In this document: one piece after another, positions 10,050 to 18,574 of the stretch | Layout of the letters: every line of letters begins with the position of its first letter | How positions within the stretch are numbered: position 1 is the stretch's first letter | Assembly (NCBI GenBank): GCA_037446635.1 | Contig: JBBIIG010000010.1 | Coordinates: 32,600 to 96,599 of the forward strand | DNA length: 64,000 nucleotides | Direction: 5' to 3' | From: a bacterium | Lineage (GTDB): Bacteria > Zhuqueibacterota > Zhuqueibacteria > Oceanimicrobiales > Oceanimicrobiaceae | The notes under the pieces: model-generated | Seen by the model: only the letters and a program-made list of their open reading frames with translations | Database searches by the model: none | What the model was told of the DNA's origin: nothing | Position numbers and translations under genes: made by a program

Positions 10050-11450
10050 ATGCCACAAACTGCCAAGATACTCGCTGTTGACGACGAGTTCGATTTTGTT
10101 CAAACCCTGAAGGGGATTTTAGAGAATCATGGCTTTGAAGTTGATACCTCGTGTTCCGGTTACGAGGCGCTGCAGATGCTCAGCCTCCATGAATACGATC
10201 TCGTCGTGCTCGATTTGACCATGCCGCTCATCAGCGGCATCGAAACCCTCAAGCGCATCAAGAAAATCGACCCCGGTTTGCCGGTAATCATTTTAACCGG
10301 CGACAGCCGCGTGGGAATGGTGGTGGAAGTGATGAAGCTGGGCGCGTACGATTATTTCACCAAACCCATCGAGTGGGATAAGTTAGAAATCTCCATTAAC
10401 AACGCGCTGGTCACCAAGTCCCTCCGCAACGAAGTGTCGCGGCTCTCCGGGCAACTGCGCGAACGCTACGGCTTCGACCATCTGGTGGGACAGAGCAAAA
10501 AAATGCAGGAAGTGTTCAGCAGCCTCGAGCGGGTGGTGGATACCAGCGTTACTGTCGTCCTGCGCGGCGAAAGCGGCACCGGCAAAGAGCTGATCGCGCG
10601 CGCGATTCATTTCAACGGCTCGCGGAAAAATAAACCGTTCGTGGCGGTGAACTGCGCCGCCATCCCGGAGAATCTGTTGGAAAGCGAGTTGTTCGGGCAC
10701 GAGAAGGGCGCATTTACTGGCGCGGTGTCCCGCCGCATCGGCAAGTTCGAGCAGGCGGATGGCGGCACCCTGTTTCTCGATGAAATCGGCGAAATGGCGC
10801 CCGCGACGCAAGTCAAAATTTTGCGGGTGCTGCAGGAACGCCAATTTCAGCGCGTCGGCGGCAACGACACCGTCGAAGTCGATGTGCGGGTGATCTCGGC
10901 CACCAACAAGAATTTAGAGGAGGAAATGCAGCGCGGGAATTTCCGCGAGGATTTATATTACCGCATCAGCGTTTACCCCATTTTTGTGCCGCCGCTGCGA
11001 AAACGCCGGGAAGATATTCCGGCGCTGACGGCTTTCTTCCTTGAAAAATACAACCGCGAGAATCGCCGCAAAGTGAAAGCGGTGCTGCCGCGCACTTTGG
11101 AATATTTGATGAATTACGACTGGCCCGGCAACGTGCGCGAATTGGAGAACGTGTTGGAGCGTTCGTTCTTAAACACCACCGACGGCGTGTTGCTGCCGGA
11201 ACATCTGCCCATCACCATCACCTCGTTTAAAGATGATCTGAATTCTTCGGACACCTACATTGATTTGAAGAAGGTGGTTTCGCTCACTAAAAAAATTACT
11301 CCGCTAAAAGAGCTGGAGCGGGAAGTGCTGTTGCAAGCTTTGCGGTTGACCAACTTCAATATGTCCATCGCCGCTTCCCAATTGGGGATCGGGCGGACGA
11401 CGCTCTACCGCAAGCTGGAAAAATACCGCATCAACGTTAACCGGACATGA
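10050..11450 (+). CDS. sigma54-dependent response regulator (NtrC/PilR-like enhancer-binding protein)
   Basis: Receiver (VDDE, LDLTMP), GESGTGKE, intact GAFTGA, FLDEIGE, WPGNVREL, Fis-type HTH LGIGRTTLYRKL. Confidence 0.95.
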   Translation: MPQTAKILAVDDEFDFVQTLKGILENHGFEVDTSCSGYEALQMLSLHEYDLVVLDLTMPLISGIETLKRIKKIDPGLPVIILTGDSRVGMVVEVMKLGAYDYFTKPIEWDKLEISINNALVTKSLRNEVSRLSGQLRERYGFDHLVGQSKKMQEVFSSLERVVDTSVTVVLRGESGTGKELIARAIHFNGSRKNKPFVAVNCAAIPENLLESELFGHEKGAFTGAVSRRIGKFEQADGGTLFLDEIGEMAPATQVKILRVLQERQFQRVGGNDTVEVDVRVISATNKNLEEEMQRGNFREDLYYRISVYPIFVPPLRKRREDIPALTAFFLEKYNRENRRKVKAVLPRTLEYLMNYDWPGNVRELENVLERSFLNTTDGVLLPEHLPITITSFKDDLNSSDTYIDLKKVVSLTKKITPLKELEREVLLQALRLTNFNMSIAASQLGIGRTTLYRKLEKYRINVNRT

Positions 11451-11452
11451 AG

Positions 11453-11487
11453 AAAGTGCCAGGCACTTTTAAAGTGCCTGGCACTTT
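11453..11487. repeat. Double palindrome (REP-like)
   Basis: AAAGTGCCAGGCACTTT-T-AAAGTGCCTGGCACTTT; each half and the whole 35-mer are inverted repeats. Confidence 0.8.
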
Positions 11488-11498
11488 GAGTTACACCT

Positions 11499-12707
11499 AT
11501 GCCAACTTTTGAATACAAAGCTATCAGCCAGAGCGGCGCCGAAGTTACGGAAGTGATGGAGGCCGCCGACGCCAACCGCGTCGCCGAGCATCTCGACAAA
11601 CTGGGCTACCTGCCGGTTCGCATTCGGGAGAAAAAGGGCTTCGGCGACATCGAGATTTTCTCCAAAAAGAAAAAAATAAAACACGACGAGCTGATCGTTT
11701 TCACCAAGCAACTGGTGACGCTTTTGAAAGCGGGCGTGCCGCTGCTGTCGTCTCTGGAGGCAATGGTGGAGCAGGCGGAAAACGAGGCGCTGAAAGAGAT
11801 CATCCAAAAAATTTACGTCGATATTGAAAGCGGGCTGAGTTTTTCCGAGGCGCTCGGCCGCCACCCCAAAACCTTTTCGGAGCTGTATGTCAACTCCATC
11901 AAAGCCGGCGAAATGGGCGGCGCCCTCGACGACGTTTTGGCGCGGCTGGCGCATTTGATGGATCACGATCAGCAGACGAAAGCGCGCATCAAATCGGCGG
12001 TGCGCTACCCGATCATCGTGGTGGTGTCGCTGGTTTTAGCCTTCACGGCGTTGATGCTGCTGGTGGTTCCCAAGTTTATCAATTTGTTCGAAAAATTGAA
12101 CGTGGACTTGCCCCTGCCCACCCGTCTTTTGATCGGGTTCTACACCGCGGTCACCAGTTATTGGTACATCGTTTTGGGAGGACTGGGGATTTTGGCCGCG
12201 GCTTTTTTCAAATACATTAAAACTGAAAAGGGGGCGTATCAGTGGGACCTGTTTAAAATCAGCGTGCCGGTTTTAGGCCCGCTAACGTTGAAAACCGCCA
12301 TGTCGCGTTTTACCCGCATGTTTGAAACGCTCAACAGCAGCGGCCTGCCGATTTTGCAAACGCTGGAAATTGCCGCCAAAACCGTCGGCAATCTGGTGGT
12401 GGGTAAAGAAATCGAAAAGGCGGCGAACGGCATTTTGCAGGGGCAGGGCATTGCCGGCCCGTTGAGCCAGGGCAAGATTTTTCCGCCGATGGTCATTAAA
12501 ATGATTTCGATTGGCGAGCAGTCGGGTTCTCTCGATGAAATGCTGGTGAACGTTTCCAGCCACTACGACACCGAGGTGGATTACGCGGTGAAAAATCTCA
12601 CTTCGATGATCGAGCCGATTTTAACCGTGGGCGTCGGCGTCATCGTGTTGTTTTTGGCGCTGGCGATTTTCATGCCGATGTGGGATTTAACCAAGTTAGC
12701 GCAATGA
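11499..12707 (+). CDS. pilC: Type IV pilus platform protein (PilC/MshG/GspF family)
   Basis: FTKQLVTLLKAGVPL, AGEMGGALD, IGEQSGSLDEML, three TM segments, AIFMPMW. Confidence 0.93.
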   Translation: MPTFEYKAISQSGAEVTEVMEAADANRVAEHLDKLGYLPVRIREKKGFGDIEIFSKKKKIKHDELIVFTKQLVTLLKAGVPLLSSLEAMVEQAENEALKEIIQKIYVDIESGLSFSEALGRHPKTFSELYVNSIKAGEMGGALDDVLARLAHLMDHDQQTKARIKSAVRYPIIVVVSLVLAFTALMLLVVPKFINLFEKLNVDLPLPTRLLIGFYTAVTSYWYIVLGGLGILAAAFFKYIKTEKGAYQWDLFKISVPVLGPLTLKTAMSRFTRMFETLNSSGLPILQTLEIAAKTVGNLVVGKEIEKAANGILQGQGIAGPLSQGKIFPPMVIKMISIGEQSGSLDEMLVNVSSHYDTEVDYAVKNLTSMIEPILTVGVGVIVLFLALAIFMPMWDLTKLAQ

Positions 12708-12794
12708 TTTCCATTTTAGAACAGTGCGCCGTATTAGAAATCGCCCCTGAAACCGATGATCTCCAAAAACGGGACAGTATGCCATTTCGGAACA
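12707..12794. promoter_or_regulatory. Candidate upstream activator sequences for the sigma54 activator (two tandem pairs of 17-mers)
   Basis: ATTTCCATTTTAGAACA (12707) g TGCGCCGTATTAGAAAT (12725); TCTCCAAAAACGGGACA (12760) g TATGCCATTTCGGAACA (12778); loosely TGTnCC-N5-GGnACA. Confidence 0.55.
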
Positions 12795-12967
12795 GCGGGC
12801 GATCGCCGATTTTTAAAAACAACTATTTACTCGGAATTATTTGCCGACGGCTAGTCAATTTATTCCTAAGCGGAACATCACCGCATCAAAATTGGGTGCA
12901 ATTTCATTGCGAGTTAAGTCTATAAAATTTAAATGATAAAGGCCAGCGAATTTTTGCCAAAATAATG

Positions 12968-12982
12968 TGGCACAGGGCTTGC
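12968..12982 (+). promoter_or_regulatory. sigma54 -24/-12 promoter of the major pilin
   Basis: TGGCAC-AGGGC-TTGC, exact GG-N10-GC. Confidence 0.85.
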
Positions 12983-13050
12983 GTAAAGAATAACTGAAAC
13001 GATGAAAAAAACAATTACTTTTGAATAACTTAACTTACCTGGAGGTTCAA

Positions 13051-13389
13051 ATGAAAAACCAAAGTGGTTTCACCCTGATCGAATTGATTATGGTCATCGT
13101 GATCATCGGCATATTGGCCGCCATCGCGGTTCCGCAATTCGTCGATTTGAGTGACAGCGCTCAGGCTTCGCAGTGTAAAGCCAATCAGGCGGCAGTTGAG
13201 GCAGCGGTTTCCATTGCTTACGCCGATAGCGCCCTGGCCGGCAACGCGCAGTACCCGTCTTCGCTGACGGGCTCAATGTTCAAGACCGGCAGCGTCCCCA
13301 CTTGTCCTTTTGACGGCGACGCGATTGCTTACAACTCGACCAACGGTACGGCTTCTTGCCCCAACTCGATTGCTGCTCACACGCGCTAA
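13051..13389 (+). CDS. Major type IV pilin (MshA/PilA-like)
   Basis: MKNQSG|FTLIELIMVIVIIGILAAIAVP; GGAGG RBS at 13041; own promoter and terminator. Confidence 0.92.
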   Translation: MKNQSGFTLIELIMVIVIIGILAAIAVPQFVDLSDSAQASQCKANQAAVEAAVSIAYADSALAGNAQYPSSLTGSMFKTGSVPTCPFDGDAIAYNSTNGTASCPNSIAAHTR

Positions 13390-13442
13390 TCAAGGATGAT
13401 TGCTTTTCAGGGATGAAATACTTAAACCACGCAGCAATGAAC

Positions 13443-13472
13443 AGGGAAGCCGTGAACGCGGCTTCCCTTTTT
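13443..13472 (+). terminator. Intrinsic terminator after the major pilin
   Basis: AGGGAAGCCG-loop-CGGCTTCCCT-TTTT. Confidence 0.85.
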
Positions 13473-13479
13473 AATTTAA

Positions 13480-13977
13480 ATGACAATGAAAAATAACAGC
13501 AGCGGATTTACACTGGTTGAGATCATCGTGGTGGTCGTCATCACCGGAATTTTATCGTTTATTGCGCTGGCCAGTTTGAGCAATCATCAAACAGCGTTTG
13601 AGTACGAGACCATTATTAAACGCATCGCGACCGATGTGCGGTTCGCGCAGCAACTGGCGGTTTCAGAGGGCCGCGGGGCGCGCGTTTATATCGACATCAC
13701 CAACAACCGTTATTACCTCAAATGGGATGACGGCTCCTACGTCAAACAGCCGCTCGGAAACACGGATTTCATCGTCCAGCTTGGCGAAGGTGAATTCAGC
13801 AGCATTAGCATCACCAGCACCGCGTTCACCTCCGGCAGGTTGGATTTCACCACCACCGGCCGGCCTCTGAACGCCGGCGCCGAGTTTGCCGGCGAATTGA
13901 ATTTGATTACCATCAACAATGCCAAAAGAATTGCGATCAACGCTAACACCGGGTTTTTGCGAATTGAAAATCTCTAA
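13480..13977 (+). CDS. Minor pilin, MshC/GspH/FimT-like
   Basis: SSG|FTLVEII..., IATDVRFAQQLA, LDFTTTGRP. Confidence 0.85.
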   Translation: MTMKNNSSGFTLVEIIVVVVITGILSFIALASLSNHQTAFEYETIIKRIATDVRFAQQLAVSEGRGARVYIDITNNRYYLKWDDGSYVKQPLGNTDFIVQLGEGEFSSISITSTAFTSGRLDFTTTGRPLNAGAEFAGELNLITINNAKRIAINANTGFLRIENL

Positions 13978-14467
13978 GCGAAAAATTTCTTTTGAACGCG
14001 GCTTCACGCTGGTGGAGTTGATCATGGTGATGGTCATCATGGGCGTGTTGGCGCTGTTTATTTCCGATGTGATTTTCCACGAAGTCGGCATGTACGATAA
14101 GCTGACGAATCAAACCGAGGGCTTGCAGACGGCGCGCGGCGCGCTGCAAATGATCGCCCGCGACCTGCGTCAGATCATGGCGCCCGACAGCATTCACTGG
14201 GCGTCCGCCGACTCCATCCGCTTCGATGACATCAACAACGTTTCGATTTCATTTAAACGAATCAACCAGTCGCTCTACCGCAACGGCGATCTGCTCATCT
14301 ATTCCGTCGAGCAGTTTCAGCTTAAATATTTTGACGACAACGGTAACCAGTTAATCTCGCCGGTCGCCAATCGCGGCGCGATCAATTCCATCGCGGTAAG
14401 TCTGACGACGTCTGTTGGTGGAGAACCGATTCACTTGCAAACACGAATTCAACCCAGAACGTTTTGA
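13964..14467 (+). CDS. Minor pilin, MshO/PilW-like
   Basis: ERG|FTLVELIMVMVIMG..., ARGALQMIARDLRQ; probable TTG start at 13964 (ORF open from 13919). Confidence 0.82.
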   Translation: MKISKRKISFERGFTLVELIMVMVIMGVLALFISDVIFHEVGMYDKLTNQTEGLQTARGALQMIARDLRQIMAPDSIHWASADSIRFDDINNVSISFKRINQSLYRNGDLLIYSVEQFQLKYFDDNGNQLISPVANRGAINSIAVSLTTSVGGEPIHLQTRIQPRTF

Positions 14468-14522
14468 AATAAACAACTCGAGTTTCTGGGAAATCGAGAA
14501 GTTACAGTGGAGGTAACAGAGT

Positions 14523-14729
14523 ATGATTGCTTTTTTAATTTTGGGGATAGTGTTTCTCGGCTTCAGCCTGCTTTTTTTCTTCGCCCCGAGAGTCATCGTC
14601 AAAGTTAGTGAAATGGGCAACAAGCTGTTGTTTACCGATCACGGCACCGTGGCGCATCGCCATTGGTCCGGGCTGGTGCTGCTGATCGTGAGCGCGATGA
14701 TGATGTACTTGGGCCTCAAAGGTTGGTAA
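14523..14729 (+). CDS. Small two-TM membrane protein, unknown function
   Basis: GGAGG RBS, 68 aa, two hydrophobic helices. Confidence 0.7.
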   Translation: MIAFLILGIVFLGFSLLFFFAPRVIVKVSEMGNKLLFTDHGTVAHRHWSGLVLLIVSAMMMYLGLKGW

Positions 14730-14807
14730 AACAAATTGCCTCCACATTAAGAACGCAGATTTTCAGAAAAATCGGATTAAATCCAATCTCCTGTCCTATC
14801 TCTTAAA

Positions 14808-14837
14808 ACTGGATTATTGTAAAAATCTTCAGATCGC
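14808..14837 (+). repeat. Isolated copy of the MITE left end
   Basis: ACTGGATTATTGTAAAAATCTTCAGATCGC versus ACTGGACTATTGTAAAAAACTCAGATCGC at 16754-16782. Confidence 0.75.
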
Positions 14838-14852
14838 TAAAAAGTCAAGAGC

Positions 14853-14883
14853 GATCAAACACCGTTTCAAACGGTGTTTGATC
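14853..14883. repeat. REP-like palindrome ACACCGT-N5-ACGGTGT, copy 2 (possible bidirectional terminator)
   Basis: GATCAAACACCGTTT-C-AAACGGTGTTTGATC between convergent genes. Confidence 0.75.
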
Positions 14884-15004
14884 TTTTAATTTGAAATTGG
14901 GGAAGGTTTTGAAATCAATATTTAAGGATTGTGAATGACGACGCCAACTCCCGGCTGAAAATCAGGAGATGGCTTCGCCCCGGCGGTTCGTTTGTGCCGC
15001 GGTT

Positions 15005-16720
15005 TTATTTCGTGAGCAACATCGTGCGCTTTTCTACCAGCGCCGGGTTGCTGGTGCTCAGCACGTAAACGTACATTCCACTCGACAATTGCGCGCCATC
15101 GAACTCCACTTGATATTGCCCTGGAATTAATGTTTGATTCACCAGAGTCGCGATTTCTTGTCCCAGCATATTGTAAACTTTTAACGACGTTTGCGTCATC
15201 GCTGGTATCGTAAATTCAATAGTGGTGGTGGGATTGAAGGGGTTGGGGTAATTTTGCGCCAGCGAAAAGCTCGTCAAGCCGGTCGTTAAATTAATTTCTA
15301 CAACTTTCGAATATTCGAAAGCGCCGTCGAGGTCCAATTGTTTGAGGCGGTAGCTCACCGTCGTGGCGCCGGCCAAAGCGCGGACGTTGTCTCTAAAAGA
15401 ATAGCTTTTGGGTTCGGTCGTCGTGCCGTGTCCTTTCACAAAGCCGATTTTTTCCCACGCGCTCGTGGCGGTGTTCGACGAAGTGAGCCGCTCGATATCG
15501 AATCCGAAGTTGTTGGTTTCGGTGGCGGTCGCCCAGGTGAGCTCAATTTCGTTTGCGATTAGTTTTGCATTAAACGCAACCAGTTCCACGGGCACGGTGC
15601 CGCTCAAGGCCGTCCAGTGTGCAAAGTGGTTGGAGACGTTGCCGCCGGCGCTGGTGAAACTGCCGCCGAGATAGAGGTTGTCGTTAGTGGCAGCGCTGGC
15701 AAACACGATGCCGCCGGTGATGCCGCTGCCCAACGCCGACCATTCGCTGCCGTTCCATTTGGCGATGTTTGCGGCGCTGACGCTGCCGGCGGTGGAGAAG
15801 CTGCCGGCGGCGTATAAATCACTGCCGATCAGCGCGAGGGTGTTGACGTCGCCGCTGCCGATGCCGTCGCCCAGGGCTGACCAGACGCTGCCGTTCCATT
15901 TGGCGATCTTCTTCGCGCTTTGTCCGCCGGCCGTGGTAAAGGTTCCGCCAACAAAAAGATTCGCGCCGCTGAGCTGCAGGGCGTTGACCGCGCCCAACGT
16001 CACGCCGCCGCCGAGCGTGGCCCAGGTTTCGTTGGTGGTATTCCAGGCGGCGATGTTGTTGGCGCTGGCGCCTCCAGCCATCGTGAAGCTGCCGCCAATG
16101 TAGAGCAAGTTATCTTTTGTAGTCATGGCGTAGGCCGGCCCGTTTAAACCGTTGGCGCCGCCGCTGCCCAAAGTTGACCAGGCGCTGCCGTTCCATTTGG
16201 CGACGTAGTTGGCGGAAAGGCCGCCGGCGGTGGTGAATACGCCGCCAACAAAAACATCGCTGCCGCTGCCAACGATGGCGCGCACGTCGCCGCCGCTGAC
16301 GCCGCTGCCCAGCGCCGACCAGGCGCCGCCATCCCATTTGGCGATGTTGCTGACGCTGACTTCGCCGGCCTGGGTAAAGCTGCCGCCCACGTAAATTTCC
16401 CCGTTGATCACCGCAATGGCCAGCACCGTGCCGTTGACGCCGTTGTTGGCGCCGCTTCCCACCGTTGCCCAACTATTGCCATCCCATTGGGCGATGTTGT
16501 TGGCAGCGACTCCGCCAACATCGGTGAACGTTCCGCCAACGTAGAACACGCCGGCGTCATAAGCGAGGGCCAGCACCGTGCCGTTCACTCCCAAAGCGTC
16601 GAAGCGATCGTCCCAATAAATATCATCGGGGTCGCTCGGCGCGGCCAGCAAAAAAAGTGGCGACAGAAGTAGCGTTAAGGCCGCCGCCCAAAATTGCCGA
16701 ATCATTTTGAATCCGTTCAT
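15005..16720 (-). CDS. Secreted seven-repeat beta-propeller protein with a Por/T9SS-type C-terminal sorting domain
   Basis: Signal peptide; seven ~47-51 aa repeats GVnGtVxAl...lYvGGxFTxAGGxsAnniAkWnG; PVEL linker; LAQNYPNPFNPTTTIEF...VYNMLGQEI CTD. Confidence 0.88.
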   Translation of the reverse strand: MNGFKMIRQFWAAALTLLLSPLFLLAAPSDPDDIYWDDRFDALGVNGTVLALAYDAGVFYVGGTFTDVGGVAANNIAQWDGNSWATVGSGANNGVNGTVLAIAVINGEIYVGGSFTQAGEVSVSNIAKWDGGAWSALGSGVSGGDVRAIVGSGSDVFVGGVFTTAGGLSANYVAKWNGSAWSTLGSGGANGLNGPAYAMTTKDNLLYIGGSFTMAGGASANNIAAWNTTNETWATLGGGVTLGAVNALQLSGANLFVGGTFTTAGGQSAKKIAKWNGSVWSALGDGIGSGDVNTLALIGSDLYAAGSFSTAGSVSAANIAKWNGSEWSALGSGITGGIVFASAATNDNLYLGGSFTSAGGNVSNHFAHWTALSGTVPVELVAFNAKLIANEIELTWATATETNNFGFDIERLTSSNTATSAWEKIGFVKGHGTTTEPKSYSFRDNVRALAGATTVSYRLKQLDLDGAFEYSKVVEINLTTGLTSFSLAQNYPNPFNPTTTIEFTIPAMTQTSLKVYNMLGQEIATLVNQTLIPGQYQVEFDGAQLSSGMYVYVLSTSNPALVEKRTMLLTK

Positions 16721-16753
16721 AATTTGTTCTCCATCAATTTGGTTTGAGTTATT

Positions 16754-16946
16754 ACTGGACTATTGTAAAAAACTCAGATCGCCTGATGATGAATCATCAG
16801 GCTAATTTGCTGAAGTCGATTGAAATCGACTAAAGACAGCAACAGCTTAATTTATTAAGCTTAAGCTATTAGCTTGGAAATTCATTTCCAAGCGGTCTTT
16901 CATTGACAGAAGCCATCTCCTCTAAGGGTTTTTTCAATAGTCCAGT
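16754..16946. mobile_element. MITE-like element (~190 bp) with terminal inverted repeats and four internal hairpins
   Basis: ACTGGACTATTG (16754) / CAATAGTCCAGT (16935-16946) perfect IR extending into A/T tracts; flanking direct repeat TATT, or AGTTATTACT at 16747-16756 and 16944-16953 if the ends are drawn 3 bp inward. Confidence 0.8.
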
Positions 16947-17058
16947 TATTACTAATTAAATCGGAGATTCTTCTACTATTCTTGAATTGAAAATTATGAT
17001 TGCGCTAATATTTTAGGCGATCCCTGACGATGATAATTTTTGGAATCAGTGGAGAATC

Positions 17059-17481
17059 GTGTTGCCTAAAATATTTTTATCATGCAAGCGCCTGCTGGGC
17101 GATTGCCGGGGCATAACGTTGATCGAAGTTATTCTGATCGTCGTCATTTTGGCCATTGCCGCGCCGACCCTCATGTCGTTGATGTCTTCGACTTTGTTCA
17201 ACAGCAGCAAGTCGGCGATATTGTCGCAGGCTACTATTTTCGCTCAGGAAAAAATGGAAGAAATCCTCGCTGACAAAAAAAGCGCGACGCGCGGATTCGG
17301 CTACATCACCATTCCGGGAACCTACCCGAGCGATTCGCCGGCCGAGGGATTCACCCGTACGGTCTCGGTGCAAACCAGCGGCATGAGCTACAACGGAATT
17401 CCGTATGCCGATGTGCAAGTGACGGTGTCGCACAGTCAAATTTCAAATGTTACGTTGCGCACCTGGTTGACGGATTATTGA
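17059..17481 (+). CDS. Minor pilin, MshD/PilV-like
   Basis: CRG|ITLIEVILIVVILAIA..., ATIFAQEKMEEILA, FTRTVSV. Confidence 0.85.
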   Translation: MLPKIFLSCKRLLGDCRGITLIEVILIVVILAIAAPTLMSLMSSTLFNSSKSAILSQATIFAQEKMEEILADKKSATRGFGYITIPGTYPSDSPAEGFTRTVSVQTSGMSYNGIPYADVQVTVSHSQISNVTLRTWLTDY

Positions 17482-17482
17482 T

Positions 17483-18469
17483 ATGAAAAGCAAAAAATTT
17501 TGGAACGCCGAATTCTTCTCCCCCAAATTCTGCTCTTTGAATTTGGGGGAGGCCAGGAGGGGGTCTAAAAGCGAGTTGGGAGGAATTTCCATCGCTTTTG
17601 TTTTTTTCGTTATCTTGATGTTCACCATTTTGGGAACGGTGGCGTTTTCGATCATGAAAGTGGACAGCGAATTTTCTTTGAAATACGTGCAGGGCCTGCA
17701 GGCGCAATACATTTCGGAGGCCGGCATCGAATACGGTTTGAAACGGCTGTTCGACGGCGGCGATTTGTCGGCCTCAGAAACGGTGAGTGTGCCGGGGGGT
17801 AGCTTCACCCTGCAGAGCACAAGCCAGGACACGATGATTATCGTTACTTCCACGGGTGAGGTGGGGTCCGCGCGCAAAACCATCCGCGTGCGCGTGCGTT
17901 ACCGGCCGCCCATCGGCGATTATGCCATCTTCTCAACTGGCGATATCGAAAACGTCAACTCGCTGGATGAAAACGGTGATCCGGATCCGACGTTGATGGT
18001 GGAAAACGCGCCAGCCATGCCCGAGATCGACGATCAGTCTTTATTGGATATGGCCGCCGCCCAGGGAAATGTCAAAACTGCCAGCACCTTTGAGCCGGCG
18101 CACGGCTATCCCAATTTTAACTTTTACCTTTCTGGCACCACGCCGAACGTTACCCACTGTACCGGCAACATGCGCGTGCGCGGCGGCCGCACGGTTTACG
18201 GCATCTTCGTCGTCGAAGGCAATATTACTCTCGACGGCTCAGCGCGCGTGGTGGGCGTGCTTTATATGATCAACCACGGGCACGTTGTCATTCACGGCGG
18301 CGGCAGCCCGTCGGAAAGCTCGGTCACTGGCGGCATCGTCGCCAACGGCGATATCGATGGCACGGGCAACCACATTACGGTCTATTACAATTCGGAATAC
18401 ATGGGTTTGTTCGGAACGTTCGAAACCGGCCAGCAGCCGGTGCGGGTTATTTCGTGGGAGATGCTTTAA
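17483..18469 (+). CDS. PilX/MshP-like minor pilin with a Gly-rich beta-helix-like C-terminus
   Basis: GG|ISIAFVFF lacking Glu5, QAQYISEAGIEYG, STGEVGSARKTI, repeated GIFVVEGNI/GGIVANGDI strands. Confidence 0.8.
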   Translation: MKSKKFWNAEFFSPKFCSLNLGEARRGSKSELGGISIAFVFFVILMFTILGTVAFSIMKVDSEFSLKYVQGLQAQYISEAGIEYGLKRLFDGGDLSASETVSVPGGSFTLQSTSQDTMIIVTSTGEVGSARKTIRVRVRYRPPIGDYAIFSTGDIENVNSLDENGDPDPTLMVENAPAMPEIDDQSLLDMAAAQGNVKTASTFEPAHGYPNFNFYLSGTTPNVTHCTGNMRVRGGRTVYGIFVVEGNITLDGSARVVGVLYMINHGHVVIHGGGSPSESSVTGGIVANGDIDGTGNHITVYYNSEYMGLFGTFETGQQPVRVISWEML

Positions 18470-18506
18470 TCGGGATGTCCACCGGAGGCTCGATTCTATT
18501 TTTTAA

Positions 18507-18534
18507 TAAATGAATTTATCAACTGTGCCGATAA
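18507..18534 (+). promoter_or_regulatory. sigma28-like promoter of the Ig-repeat gene
   Basis: TAAA-N16-GCCGATAA; the -10 element matches consensus exactly. Confidence 0.55.
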
Positions 18535-18574
18535 GATCTTGTAAATCGTTATTTATTTTTTAGGAAATTAAATT

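Noticed and set aside
12680..12925. 81-aa ORF between pilC and the pilin
   Set aside because: No RBS or motif; region is better explained as the sigma54 enhancer region
13051..13389. Major pilin as a conductive e-pilin
   Set aside because: About 106 mature residues with sparse aromatics and no cytochrome genes nearby
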